A DNA stretch of 63,002 nucleotides, the filler included, from Octopus bimaculoides (taxonomy: Eukaryota), in the NCBI RefSeq assembly GCF_001194135.2. It is 3 parts of 3 records of this genome, joined end to end, with 100 filler letters (N's around TTAATTAATTAA, not from the genome) between each part and the next. Parts side by side here need not be neighbours in the genome. Positions count along the whole stretch, not along the records: positions 31,771 to 52,081 come from NC_068984.1; positions 52,182 to 63,002 come from NC_069010.1; 1 more part is not named here. The stretch is one strand, 5' to 3'. The position numbers and the translations under genes were made by a program. The notes beneath the pieces were generated by a model, which saw only the letters and a list, made by a program, of their open reading frames with translations, did not search any database and was not told the origin of the DNA. The number at the start of each line of letters is the position of its first letter. The first letter of the stretch is position 1. Below are positions 39,960 to 52,308 of this stretch, piece after piece.

Positions 39960-40330
39960 TCACCATCATAAAATCAAAACTGTTTTCAAGTGGTTTAAAT
40001 ATCACCTTGAGGATGTATGCAACTGAGGAGAAATATGTAACGAATCTTTGGGACTTGCCTGTACATGCAGATAAAACCATCAAAGCTAATAAACCGAACA
40101 TTGTTGTAAAAGACCAAAAGAATAAAATCTGTTTATTGATTGACATGAGTATCCCTTGTGATCATAATATTACGGCAAATAAATTTGATAAGTGCAGAAA
40201 ATATAAAGATTTACTCATTGAAGTCGATAACAAAACAGTTAAAATACCAGTGATTGTAGGAGTACAAGGAATGTTCAAAAAGGTACTGACAAATATTTGA
40301 GTGTGATCACTGGCTTACCGTCCCTGCAAT
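39960..40330 (+). mobile_element. R4/Dong-clade REL endonuclease fragment (third piece)
   Basis: LWDLPVHADKTIKANKPNIVVKDQKNKICLLIDMSIPCDHNITANKFDKCRKYKDLLIEV...KIPVIVGVQG. Confidence 0.8.
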
Positions 40331-40339
40331 TGGTACGTC

Positions 40340-40925
40340 AAATATATTCAGAAGAGAATTGTTAGGAGGAAAACGATAAACACATTACATTTTCATTCAT
40401 ATGCTTAGCGAACGTATTCGAAAAGAAAGAGATAGTTTTGGAGGAACTTGAGAGTATACAATTTTGAGTTGAATGCAACGCAAAGCAAGCGACGTGGTAT
40501 TATATTTACAGAAAACATCAACAATGAGATGTAGAGTTTGAAGGATTTTGCAAGAACAATTTGGAAAAACAGCAGGAAGATTTACTGCAGTTAAGGATAC
40601 AGGCTTTAAACACATGTGGTGCTTAGGATAATTTTACAGGGATGGACTGTGGAGTACTACCATCTGGCAGTGAGGGCTAGAGGCTTCATTGAAAGAAAAA
40701 TGACAGCGCTATTCAAGAGAAGATTTGCATTTTCAAGCTCGGAACTGAGAAAACTGATAAGGAGGATACAGGAGGCGGTCGAAAAAGCCAGCTTCTATAT
40801 ATGGCTGAAGCGGGAAGACCAAATATGGCTTGAGAGTCATAACATGTCGGCAGGAAAATAACTTCATTAGGTGAGACAGGCTGACACTGAAGTGGCTTCG
40901 CTGATTGACAGGTGACGGTCTCAGT
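40340..40925 (+). mobile_element. 3' end of a HERO/NeSL-like REL non-LTR retrotransposon
   Basis: YHLAVRARGFIERKMTALFKRRFAFSSSELRKLIRRIQEAVEKASFYIWLKREDQIW resembles the recalled C-terminal signature (IEVG.RGF.........AE.AS.W.W..R). Confidence 0.6.
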
Positions 40926-41438
40926 NNNNNNNNNNNNNNNNNNNNNNNNNNNNNNNNNNNNNNNNNNNNNNNNNNNNNNNNNNNNNNNNNNNNNNNNNNN
41001 NNNNNNNNNNNNNNNNNNNNNNNNNNNNNNNNNNNNNNNNNNNNNNNNNNNNNNNNNNNNNNNNNNNNNNNNNNNNNNNNNNNNNNNNNNNNNNNNNNNN
41101 NNNNNNNNNNNNNNNNNNNNNNNNNNNNNNNNNNNNNNNNNNNNNNNNNNNNNNNNNNNNNNNNNNNNNNNNNNNNNNNNNNNNNNNNNNNNNNNNNNNN
41201 NNNNNNNNNNNNNNNNNNNNNNNNNNNNNNNNNNNNNNNNNNNNNNNNNNNNNNNNNNNNNNNNNNNNNNNNNNNNNNNNNNNNNNNNNNNNNNNNNNNN
41301 NNNNNNNNNNNNNNNNNNNNNNNNNNNNNNNNNNNNNNNNNNNNNNNNNNNNNNNNNNNNNNNNNNNNNNNNNNNNNNNNNNNNNNNNNNNNNNNNNNNN
41401 NNNNNNNNNNNNNNNNNNNNNNNNNNNNNNNNNNNNNG

Positions 41439-41770
41439 GGCAGCCTGCTGGAGCCTAGCAGCAGGTATAAAAAGGGGAATTTGACCAGACAATCAGTCGG
41501 ACGCTGACACTCGTTGATGCTGCATCGAAGAGGCCAGGGGATAGAAGAAAGAAGACATGCACCCAACACCAGAGCTGAAGACACCTCCGAAAGGAGGGGG
41601 GTCCCCGCCACGTCAAAACGGTAGAGGAGTAGGGGCCGAAACCGGACGTGGTTCCTCCTGATGATGTCTTGAGATAACTGGATCCTATAAAGGAGCTGAT
41701 GTGGTAGCAGACCACGAAATATGGTTGAAATTCCTTCCTACATCTGGCAGAGTTCTAACAGGTCAGCTGC
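41439..41770 (+). mobile_element. GC-rich LTR-like or Penelope pLTR-like segment
   Basis: TATA-like GGTATAAAAAGGGG at ~41463, CTGAAGA...CCGAAACCGG and CTGATGA motifs, several short stems. Gap-flanked, family unresolved. Confidence 0.35.
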
Positions 41771-42675
41771 TCTGAACATGTGCGCATGTCTATATGTAAG
41801 TGAACGTTTATATATACATACGTATATATATATACGTATATAAATATATATATATATATATATANNNNNNNNNNNNNNNNNNNNNNNNNNNNNNNNNNNN
41901 NNNNNNNNNNNNNNNNNNNNNNNNNNNNNNNNNNNNNNNNNNNNNNNNNNNNNNNNNNNNNNNNNNNNNNNNNNNNNNNNNNNNNNNNNNNNNNNNNNNN
42001 NNNNNNNNNNNNNNNNNNNNNNNNNNNNNNNNNNNNNNNNNNNNNNNNNNNNNNNNNNNNNNNNNNNNNNNNNNNNNNNNNNNNNNNNNNNNNNNNNNNN
42101 NNNNNNNNNNNNNNNNNNNNNNNNNNNNNNNNNNNNNNNNNNNNNNNNNNNNNNNNNNNNNNNNNNNNNNNNNNNNNNNNNNNNNNNNNNNNNNNNNNNN
42201 NNNNNNNNNNNNNNNNNNNNNNNNNNNNNNNNNNNNNNNNNNNNNNNNNNNNNNNNNNNNNNNNNNNNNNNNNNNNNNNNNNNNNNNNNNNNNNNNNNNN
42301 NNNNNNNNNNNNNNNNNNNNNNNNNNNNNNNNNNNNNNNNNNNNNNNNNNNNNNNNNNNNNNNNNNNNNNNNNNNNNNNNNNNNNNNNNNNNNNNNNNNN
42401 NNNNNNNNNNNNNNNNNNNNNNNNNNNNNNNNNNNNNNNNNNNNNNNNNNNNNNNNNNNNNNNNNNNNNNNNNNNNNNNNNNNNNNNNNNNNNNNNNNNN
42501 NNNNNNNNNNNNNNNNNNNNNNNNNNNNNNNNNNNNNNNNNNNNNNNNNNNNNNNNNNNNNNNNNNNNNNNNNNNNNNNNNNNNNNNNNNNNNNNNNNNN
42601 NNNNNNNNNNNNNNNNNNNNNNNNNNNNNNNNNNNNNNNNNNNNNNNNNNNNNNNNNNNACATTTATACATGTGT

Positions 42676-42712
<37 letters not shown>

Positions 42713-43285
42713 TTATACACACACATAAACGTTTATAAATATATATATGTACATATATACATACACATACATAAATATGTGCATATATATTTACGTATCT
42801 ACATCTATATATTCATATTTATATGTGTGCGCGTATGTATATGTGTGTGTGTGTGTGTGTGCATACATTCGTCCATATATATAGAGACGTGTTGGGAGAC
42901 AGATTGACTATCAGTGTTTAAATGCACCCTATTTGTTGCCGTTGGTTATGAACATTGCATTTTCAGGTGATGAGGAAATGATGATCCTCTGGAGTAGATG
43001 AATTTTGTGCATCTGCAGATTAATTAACTTCACTAACACAGGAAAATAGGCCGCATCTTCACTTTTCTGCATAATAGAGGTAATAATAATACCAATAAAA
43101 ATAACAACAGGAACAGCTGCAACAAAAACAGTCATGCTAATTTGTGTTGTACTCCCACTACTGCCCGTTCCTCCTCCTGCTACTCTTCTAACACCACATC
43201 GTTATTATCATGTAATGAGAATCCTGTTTATTTTCGCCGTCAACTTCGTCGTTATCCTCGTCACCACCACCACCACCACCATCAA

Positions 43286-43339
<54 letters not shown>

Positions 43340-43899
43340 TATCATCATCATCATCATCACCATCGCAATCATCATCATCATCATCATCGTTGTCGTCGTC
43401 GTCGTCATCATCATCATCATCATCATCATCAAGATTAACAACGGCAACAATAAATAAGTACCTCAACCTCATCAGTCTTATGATAATTATCGTTGTCATT
43501 AGTCTCATCATTATCATCATAGTCCAACCATGATTATCAACATAATTCTCATCAACACCATCATAATAACCATTATTAATGATCGTCATTTTAAACAAAT
43601 TTGCTTTGAAAGTAAAACATTATTATTAGATATTACCCAAGGCTAATAATTAAAAGTAACGTGTAAATATTTCTCCTGCTGGTGTTGCTGTCATTACCAC
43701 CACCACCACAACAACAACCACTACTACTAATACTACTTCTACTTGAATGCTTAAGCGTATGGATATTTTATGAAAACTCAACATTAGTTATATGCGCTTA
43801 TAATAATAAGGATAATAATAATAATAATAATAACAGCAACAATAACAACAGCAACGAAATCAAACACAACGAAACACTCCAGTTTGAAACAGTCAATTT

Positions 43900-46450
43900 C
43901 ACCTTGCTAAACAAAAATAATAATGAGTTAATGGATCACATAGAAAAACTACACAAAGGCAAAATAACAACAGGAGGGAAAGAATTTGAATCATTCGTCT
44001 CCAAATCACCTAAGAAGAGAGTGCTAATAAAAACGTCAAGTCAAATTTATTACACTCTCCTGATCAACTCTCCAGAGTGTGTTGGGATTTTCAGAAAATC
44101 GGTAAATAAAACTTTATTACAAGTGCTTTACAAGGGAGATGAACCTCAAAAGAACACCAATCCCATCGCTTAAAATGACGTAGGTGAGTAACTTCTTCCT
44201 TTATTTCTCCGATAAATATGGTAGCACAGAGTAGGATGTATTAAGGCATGTGCTATGGAGTCAGCTTGGTACCAAAGCAAATTGCCCAACGACATCAGGT
44301 CACTTGATCTAGATGTAACAGCTAATACTGAAACCAGAATTTCTAGGACACACGCACTCAGTGCAGTGTTTGATCAGTACAAGACATATTCGACTTGTGG
44401 TCTTATTGGTTCGAACGGTGAAATAGCACTGTTTTTCCGGAAATAGGTTTACAGGTACAAATGATCTTCCTGCATTCGCCAGTTATGTTAGAAGTACTAA
44501 AATGGGTGACAGTAAAGACGTTGCTTTCAAACTAGCAGCTGTCTGTACTTCCACCAGGACAAGATAGTAACACTCCTTTAGACGTCTAGAAATCTTCCTT
44601 GGAACATTCCGCTCTTTAGTACTAGTAGGGGTGGATAAATAGTATTTTAGACGCACTATGGGATTGGGTTGGGTTAACCAACAGAAGGGGATGCAAAAGT
44701 CTCAGAAACATATTCAGAAGTCTGACAGGTATCAACTGGATTTCCCGAATGTGCCAACGTGGGCATGGAGCCATAACGATGGGTCTCTTTGATCGTACTC
44801 ACACAGAGTGTTTATTAGGGTAGCAGACAGAAATACTTCAAACTGTCCACAATTCATACTGGCCGGCTACACGATCACAAATTTGTGATTTTCACATTCG
44901 CCTTAGATAAAACTCATTGACAGGGACCTGACTACAGGAAGTTGAATGCCTCTTTCCCGCCGCAGAAAAGACTACAGAAACCGGATAAGCGAGTTATTTA
45001 AACGGTAATTGATAGGGGTAATAGTCAATAACAGGTGTTGGGGAACCCCGAAGAAAGTACTTAAATATGAGTCAATAGCGTTTAGTAAATAGCAAGTGAT
45101 AGAGAAAAATATATTAGAAGATAAGTCAGTTAGTAAACTAAAAGAAGCAATTAGAAATAGCATCGCGACAAACGTGCTAGCGGCAAGAATGGCCCTCTAA
45201 ATTTCTTCAATGCAAAAAACGAAGGCTGTGTTGCCAGGGCTAGAGCTTGTGCACTAAAGCAAGAAGGAATGAAAGCAAGTCGATGGTCTCAGGTGATGGA
45301 AGCGCGATGTGGAAACAAAGTCACAATTCAGCCTTTGACAGATCAGGGTGGGCGCGTAGCAAGCAGTTACAAGGAAATATATGCGGCTTTCCAGCAGCAC
45401 TTTGCAATAAGTCACTGAGAATTATGAACTATAATGCTTACCTCGACAGCCTCCAGTGACTCTCGGGCCAAGAGGTAAGACGCTGCGAAAGGCTAATAGT
45501 AAAACTAAATGACATGTAGTTGTGAATGATTTCGCAAAGGACAAATCGCCTGATTTGGATAGTCTGCCCTATGAGAACCATGGTTATAATAGATGTTTGA
45601 TTACTTCTTAGCAAACGTTTGTTAAAACTGGCAGTAAACGGAGAATTCCCAGTTTACCGTGCGGAGAAAAAGCATCAATACTGGGTTTTTTTAAAACAAT
45701 TTCTGGCCAATAAACTTGGCAAATGCAGAGGTTCAAATTTTGGCCAAGGTGTAACTAAAGAGGATAGTACTTGTCGTAGATGGTTTGGTCGAAAAGCTCA
45801 AACGTGGTTCATTCTACGACAACCTTCACCTTACGCGTTACATAATAGAGGAAATGGCTGACAAACCTGGCATTTACGAGGCCCTGATCAATTTAGAGCA
45901 GTCAAAGGCCTTCTGTAAGGTCGACCATCGATACTTGGCAATTGTCATAAACGAATCTGGTTTAGAACTCGTTTTCAGTGGCTCTATCGCAGCAATGCAC
46001 AGTGGCGACTGCTAGGTGATCAAAGTAAACAGACACCTCTCGGAACCGTTTCATATCGCATGTTCAATCCGTGAGGAATGTCCTCTTTCGCACTTTCTAA
46101 ACGTTCTGGCACTCGAGCCTTCACAGCGGAAGTTAGAACTCTTGAAGTACATGCCTTTGGAGCTGGGATACGGGAAAGCTGTTTCGGTGTATGCATATTA
46201 CATTACGGTGTCAGATGCTACGGAAGTTCAGCTAGTTGATACCATTTTAAAGGAACACGATGCGATAGCAGGAGCAAAGTTTAATCCGAAAAGGTCGGTA
46301 GGCTGGAGAGGCAAGCCAATACCAACGGACACCATAGTAGGTCAATGGACAAATGGACCACTCAAATAACTTGGGGTTTTGTATGGCCGGGATCTACATG
46401 TGGATAAGAAATGAGATGAGTTATAAGCAGGTCGGAACAGTCTCACTCAA
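43900..46450 (+). mobile_element. Tx1/L1-clade LINE, degraded ORF1 remnant plus ORF2 (APE endonuclease + RT)
   Basis: LPNDIRSLDLDVTANTETRI (APE start); PTWAWSHNDG; HDHKFV; PDYRKLNAS; AKDKSPDLDSLPYE; GSFYDNLHLTRYIIE...ALINLEQSKAFCKVDHRYL; VNRHLSEPFHIACSIREECPLS...LALEP. Order and motifs match Tx1-type ORF2. Confidence 0.85.
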
Positions 46451-48159
46451 AAATTGGGTTGAGAGGATATTATCACTGAATAATCACCCCCCCCNNNNNN
46501 NNNNNNNNNNNNNNNNNNNNNNNNNNNNNNNNNNNNNNNNNNNNNNNNNNNNNNNNNNNNNNNNNNNNNNNNNNNNNNNNNNNNNNNNNNNNNNNNNNNN
46601 NNNNNNNNNNNNNNNNNNNNCCCCCCCCCACCCACGAAAGGACAAAATGCAATGTTAACTTCGGAGGAATTTAAACTAAGAGCATAAAAACATACGAAAA
46701 ACCGCCGAGCGTTTTGTGCGGCGTGCTATCGATTCTGCTTTGGTTGTTTTGGATACTGCTTTGGATACTCCTGCTATAGCTGCACTGAGCTGCACGTAGC
46801 TGCGCATGCTGTTCGATGTTGCTATTGTTGTGGTGACGGTACTGGAAGAAGTGGAAGTCTTTATTTTCTCTTCTCTTTTTTTTTTTACCTTGAGATGTTT
46901 TGCGTTTCTCTATAAGTAGCACTTGGTTTCCTGCCCTCAACGGCTTCCTATGTCTCTGTGCCGCCTGGAGGATTGACCATAGTCGAGATAGATTACGTAC
47001 GAGATCCGTCCAACACCTATAGGCTCCACATCGCATTCCTGGTAATCTGTCGCTTTCTTGAACCAATTTATCCTTAGAACCCATCCTTGTGCTAAGATCA
47101 ATCCTTCACTCCCATCAGTACGCCTTTCTTTAAACATAACCAGCTGTCCTTGTCATCATTTCTCTCTCTTGTGGTATCATCATTATCATCATCATCATCA
47201 TCATCACCATCAACTTCATTAATTTGTTTTTTACTACTACTCTTGTGGCTGGTGTCTCGTCTGCTGTTATTGCTGTAGTTTTTTTTCTCAAGAAGAGTGA
47301 ACATCTGCATCGGAGGTCTGGCAATACTATGTAGACGTTTGACTTCAATACATACATACATACATACATACATACATACATACATACATACATACACACA
47401 CACACGCGTGCACACATACGCATGCACATACACATACACACATTCACATATAATATTTATCAGATTTGTTTTGACACAAAGTGGTTTCAATATCTCTTGG
47501 TGGTCATTCATTACATTGACTGAAATAATGTTTGTCTTGATATAAAACATATTTTCATAATTCTATGGTCCATTCATAAAAAATCATTGCACCGTGTCAC
47601 CGAGGATAATTTTTAACAAAATCAAATACTAGTTTCATAAGTATATTATATCTACAGTCTATACAGTGGTGCTTATTTGACTGGCAGAAAGATGCTTCTA
47701 AAGGAAGGTGTGGATGGTGGATGCTTTTTCCATGTATATTGACTGAAAATGTGAATCTCTCGATTTTAATGCACACAACTCACCTCGTGGATTCGATGTT
47801 TCCTGCCAGTTTGCTCCATCGTAGTGCGGTCAGATAATTATCTTTGATCCACATTGTATCAAAACTGGTATATTCTAAATGGAACCCATTCTTCCACGAA
47901 CAGTGTATTGACTTTTTTGCTTTAATTTCAGACCAAAAGTAATCCTGAGACATTGGTTTCATACATCTCTTCTACTTTCAAACGATATGAAAAGAGACGT
48001 TAATCACTCGTTGCAGTCATAAACGATAATCTCAAACACGTCACCAACTGAGAGCAAGAAAGCCTAGAGTTCTTCAACGGAACCAAGACAAAATCATAAC
48101 ATATATGAATTGTTGGGCTTAACAAGGAAATATTTATTTACATCCACACACACACACAC

Positions 48160-48198
<39 letters not shown>

Positions 48199-50905
48199 AA
48201 CACACACACAAACAGTTAAATTTCTCAAATTCGTTCTAAATAATAGCTCTCACAAATTACATGTGGCATAGGGCCATCACGATCTTATGCTGCGAACTGA
48301 TATGCATAAAATTGACAAACTTGCATGTGAAAGACTTTTACTTTGTTCCTAGATAATAATTCAGCTCTGATCAGACGGTAATATTATACAAATTTGCATT
48401 AGACGACTAAGAGCATGAGGCTGTTTTACATGTAAACATTTACAACGCAACTGAGTATCAACAAATCACTGACTTCCATGCCACAATTAGTTACCCATAA
48501 ATGCGTTATATTGTCTTACAGCATTCTTATATTCATAATAAATTAATAAGTTCTTTTCAACAAACATGCGTAATACCACTTTCTTAAGACTATTCTGATT
48601 ATATCAACTACGCTGCTCATGTTGCCATCCCTACACTGTACCACATGGACAAGAAATGTCCCTGAACCACTCATTTCTTTTACCTCAGAACTTGAACACT
48701 CTTATCACTCTCCCACCTCATTTTATTTTTCCTATATATTTCAACATGTAGAAATTCTAGCTGAAGATTTAACTGACGAAAACGCATAAGTTTAGGACAG
48801 TGTCGTTCTCCTCTCATTACTAACAATTGACTTTTCAATTTATTAGTTGTATTTATTACTCAACATCTAACAACATAGCCTAAATGTAGTTACGATTTGA
48901 ATGCCACAGATTAAAGATGTAGAAATCCTATTGCATTGGTACATCTTTGGATCAGATTATCATGTAGACGATTTTACATGAACGATATGACAATTTTAGG
49001 AAAAAAAGCTTACTGTATCTCATACATAGGCAAGTAATTTTGAGGAAAACATTACTAATGTCAACCCTAGAAAATGTTTTTCTGTTTTATAATTGTTTTC
49101 AAGCCCTGGTATGATTTTGAAGCTCTTTTTTGGCTATATCCAGTAGTAAACGTGCCTTCTTCGTATTTTGATATAATTAGGATTAGTTGATTTGCTTTGA
49201 ACATCCAGAATAAAGGGAAAAAAAAGGTAAATGCATTGTATTTACTTCACAAAATATATTTTTTAAAACGAATCAAAACAATACAAAAAGAAACAAAACA
49301 GTACTTCTATATTCAGACACCTCAGCTGTTGTGACCTACATCAAAGCAATAATTACATAGGGAGACATTGTTTTTTTTTATGTTGCAACTGTGACATGTT
49401 TTACGTTGAACAGACTGCAATAAAAATAACAGGAACAAATTAAAATGATAAAGCAGGAAAATATCTATAAATGACACTTTTATTATTTAAATAGAATTGT
49501 AGAAATATTATTAATTTTACGTAATGCTGTTTAGACACGTTCAATACTTCATTATATATGAACGCATATGTCGTGCGAGAGATAGAAGCAAAACAACATA
49601 ATAGCAATGATAAAGAGAAGGGAGGGGAAATGCATGCATGTTTACGTGAGTGCTACTGTTTCTCTGCTCATCTTGAGTGTAGGTGTGGGCGCATTTATGT
49701 GGATATGTAAATATTCTTGCAAGCTCGAGCAATTAACAATTGATTCATATGATACCCTATGGTGGAGTTTTTAAAGCAAAATATATGATATTGATCTTAC
49801 TGTTTACATTCGATTGGGATTATGCAATAGACAGAAGGAGAGTATTCAGCTGAAATGTTTTTTTTTTTATCATATATTGCAGACGAATGTTCTCAGCTAA
49901 AGACACACATCAAGTTTATGCGTAACGCTGTATATTCGCATGTCAGCACTGAGGAAACTGACCTCTAATGGGGATTTTCAGCCATGATTATTTCAAAATT
50001 TCCTGTTGATAACTGTACAAAAGTACTATTACATAGGATAATAAGAAAATGACTTCATTAATAAAAGAGAGCCGAGGATGCCAAAAGGGTTTTTATGGGA
50101 GTACATATCTATCAGGTAATATTTAATAAAACCATAGACAAGACCTGTAAAAGAAGAACGCAGCGTCTGATCATGACATGAATTGATTAAATGATTTTTA
50201 ATAATTTCTTAGTGTATTTGAGAAATAGCAACAAAGAATAAGATGTGCTTATAGCAAGCTGGTACTATAAAGAGATCATAAATTAATACAAAGTGATTTT
50301 GCAGAATTAAGTAAAAGAGGGTAATTATATGCATAAGCCCTGCTCGTGTTAGAAAATGAGTATTCTCTGCGTACTCCTTATCTTTCTTTGCTTTCTGACC
50401 GTAATTCGTATAGCCTACAAGCTTAAATAAATCAACTTTACAATCATATGTCTATCGTATGTGGCTTACGTAAATGTCTATACAGATTCTGTAGAAAAAA
50501 TAGCATAGAAATCAGTTTCTAAAAATGCCTTAAATTAATCATGTAGAGAGAAATATTAACTGAAACAATTAATATCACGTTAGATAAAGAAACAGAGATA
50601 AGACATGCGAGCCAAACACTGACAAGTAACACTTGGGAATTAATGAATTTGACAGAACACAACTGATATAAACATAAGTAAATAATAGGTTAGGAAAATG
50701 CACTATATCTCATTCAGCAGTAAATTATAATTAAAATATTGCCAAATGGACTTGGGTTCGAGATACTAGACAGAAATCAAGAAACAAAAAATGCTTTTCG
50801 AAAACACTTCCCAAAAGGCGACGGAAGCAGATTATATTTACCTCAAATGCAGGGCGATAACATTTTCCACAACCAAAAGTCAATTTATCTTCATTGAACG
50901 ATAAG

Positions 50906-50950
<45 letters not shown>

Positions 50951-50952
<2 letters not shown>

Positions 50953-51836
50953 GGGTGCGGTGAATAAACTGTTGTCTAAATTACGCAAAAATGAAAATAA
51001 CACAATCTCATTTTAACATATATTTACCAAAATTACGTAAAAATATCTTGAAATAACAAATAGTAAATTTATTCAATAATATCACCATTGACTTCAACCA
51101 CGGCCTACACACAACTTCAGAATCTCCTGCAGCTCTTCTGCGCACGGTTTCCTGTTTAAGTTGGTGAATGCTGCCATATTCCTTACCTTCAGTTCATTTT
51201 TGCTGTTACAATGAGTTTTGTTGGTCTTTCGCTCAGCCGCGCTCCACACGTAATAATTAAGCGAGTTGTAGACTGGTGAGTCAGGTGGTCAGATGTTAGG
51301 GGTAATGTGGTCACAGAAATTGTTTGACAGCCATGACTGGGTTCACTTGCTTGTGTGACATGGTGCAGAGTCCTGTTGCCTGATAATAGTGTTTTCCAGC
51401 AGCCACCCTCTTGTCCCAGGGCAGCACTACCTCCTCCAGGGACTTGATGTATGCCACCGTGTTGGGTCCGAGGCCGTGTTGGAAGATGAATGAACGCATA
51501 ATGTTGCCATCACTAGTGATCACTCCAAACACTATGATGTTGGCTGGATGTTTGATTTTTATTACTCTCGGTACATGTTTTGGGGACACGATAAGCCAAC
51601 AGTTGTTATGTCTGTTCAGCATCTTTCCGTATTGGAGTTTCCGGTGCGAATGCGAAGCAGTACAGCATGTCGTTTCAAAATTTCTGGCAGGGTGAATTGT
51701 GTCATGGTGCTGTTTTTCTCACAGACAATTCCCAACTGACCTTACTATACTGTCTAGTCAACAAAATCAAAATCAAACAATGCGCTTGTGCGAAATTAGA
51801 AATATAAAACGGTGACGATTTAAAAATCACATCCTG
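50951..51836 (-). mobile_element. maT (DD37D) Tc1/mariner internal-deletion derivative
   Basis: TA|CAGGGTGCG...CACATCCTG|TA ends. Minus strand gives KHPANIIVFGVITSDG and QQDSAPCHTSK*TQSWLSNNFCDHITPNI*PPDSPVYNSLNYYVW, with 37 residues between D and the position of the third Asp. Confidence 0.85.
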
Positions 51837-51849
51837 TATATATACGTGT

Positions 51850-51888
<39 letters not shown>

Positions 51889-52081
51889 TGTGTGTTCGTG
51901 TCTGTGAACGTGCATGTGTGTGTGCATGTGTGTGTGCATGTGTGCGTGTGTAATTATAAGATTTATAAGCAAAAAATGTCTCTTTTCAAAGGAAGACATT
52001 CAATACTTCATTTCATTGTACCATCCAACCTTTTTTATATTATATATTATATATTCCATATTCTAAATCCCACATTAATTT

Positions 52082-52181
52082 NNNNNNNNNNNNNNNNNNN
52101 NNNNNNNNNNNNNNNNNNNNNNNNNTTAATTAATTAANNNNNNNNNNNNNNNNNNNNNNNNNNNNNNNNNNNNNNNNNNNN
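52082..52181. other. Artificial assembly spacer: 44 N + TTAATTAATTAA + 44 N
   Basis: 12-mer at 52126-52137; identical to 31671-31770. Confidence 0.95.
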
Positions 52182-52265
52182 GGGGGGGTTGGGAATCGAC
52201 TGGTGGTGATAGGGGTGGGGGTGGGGACCAATTAGTGTTTATTTAACAACACCCCATACACACGT

Positions 52266-52308
<43 letters not shown>

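Noticed and set aside
43682-44173. 163-aa ORF as a host gene
   Set aside because: The 5' half is microsatellite; the 3' half lies immediately before a Tx1/L1 endonuclease and is best read as an ORF1 remnant.
50250-50430. Minus-strand frame GYTNYGQKAKKDKEYAENTHFL after a TTGTAG acceptor
   Set aside because: No donor, no recognisable homology, weak pyrimidine tract.
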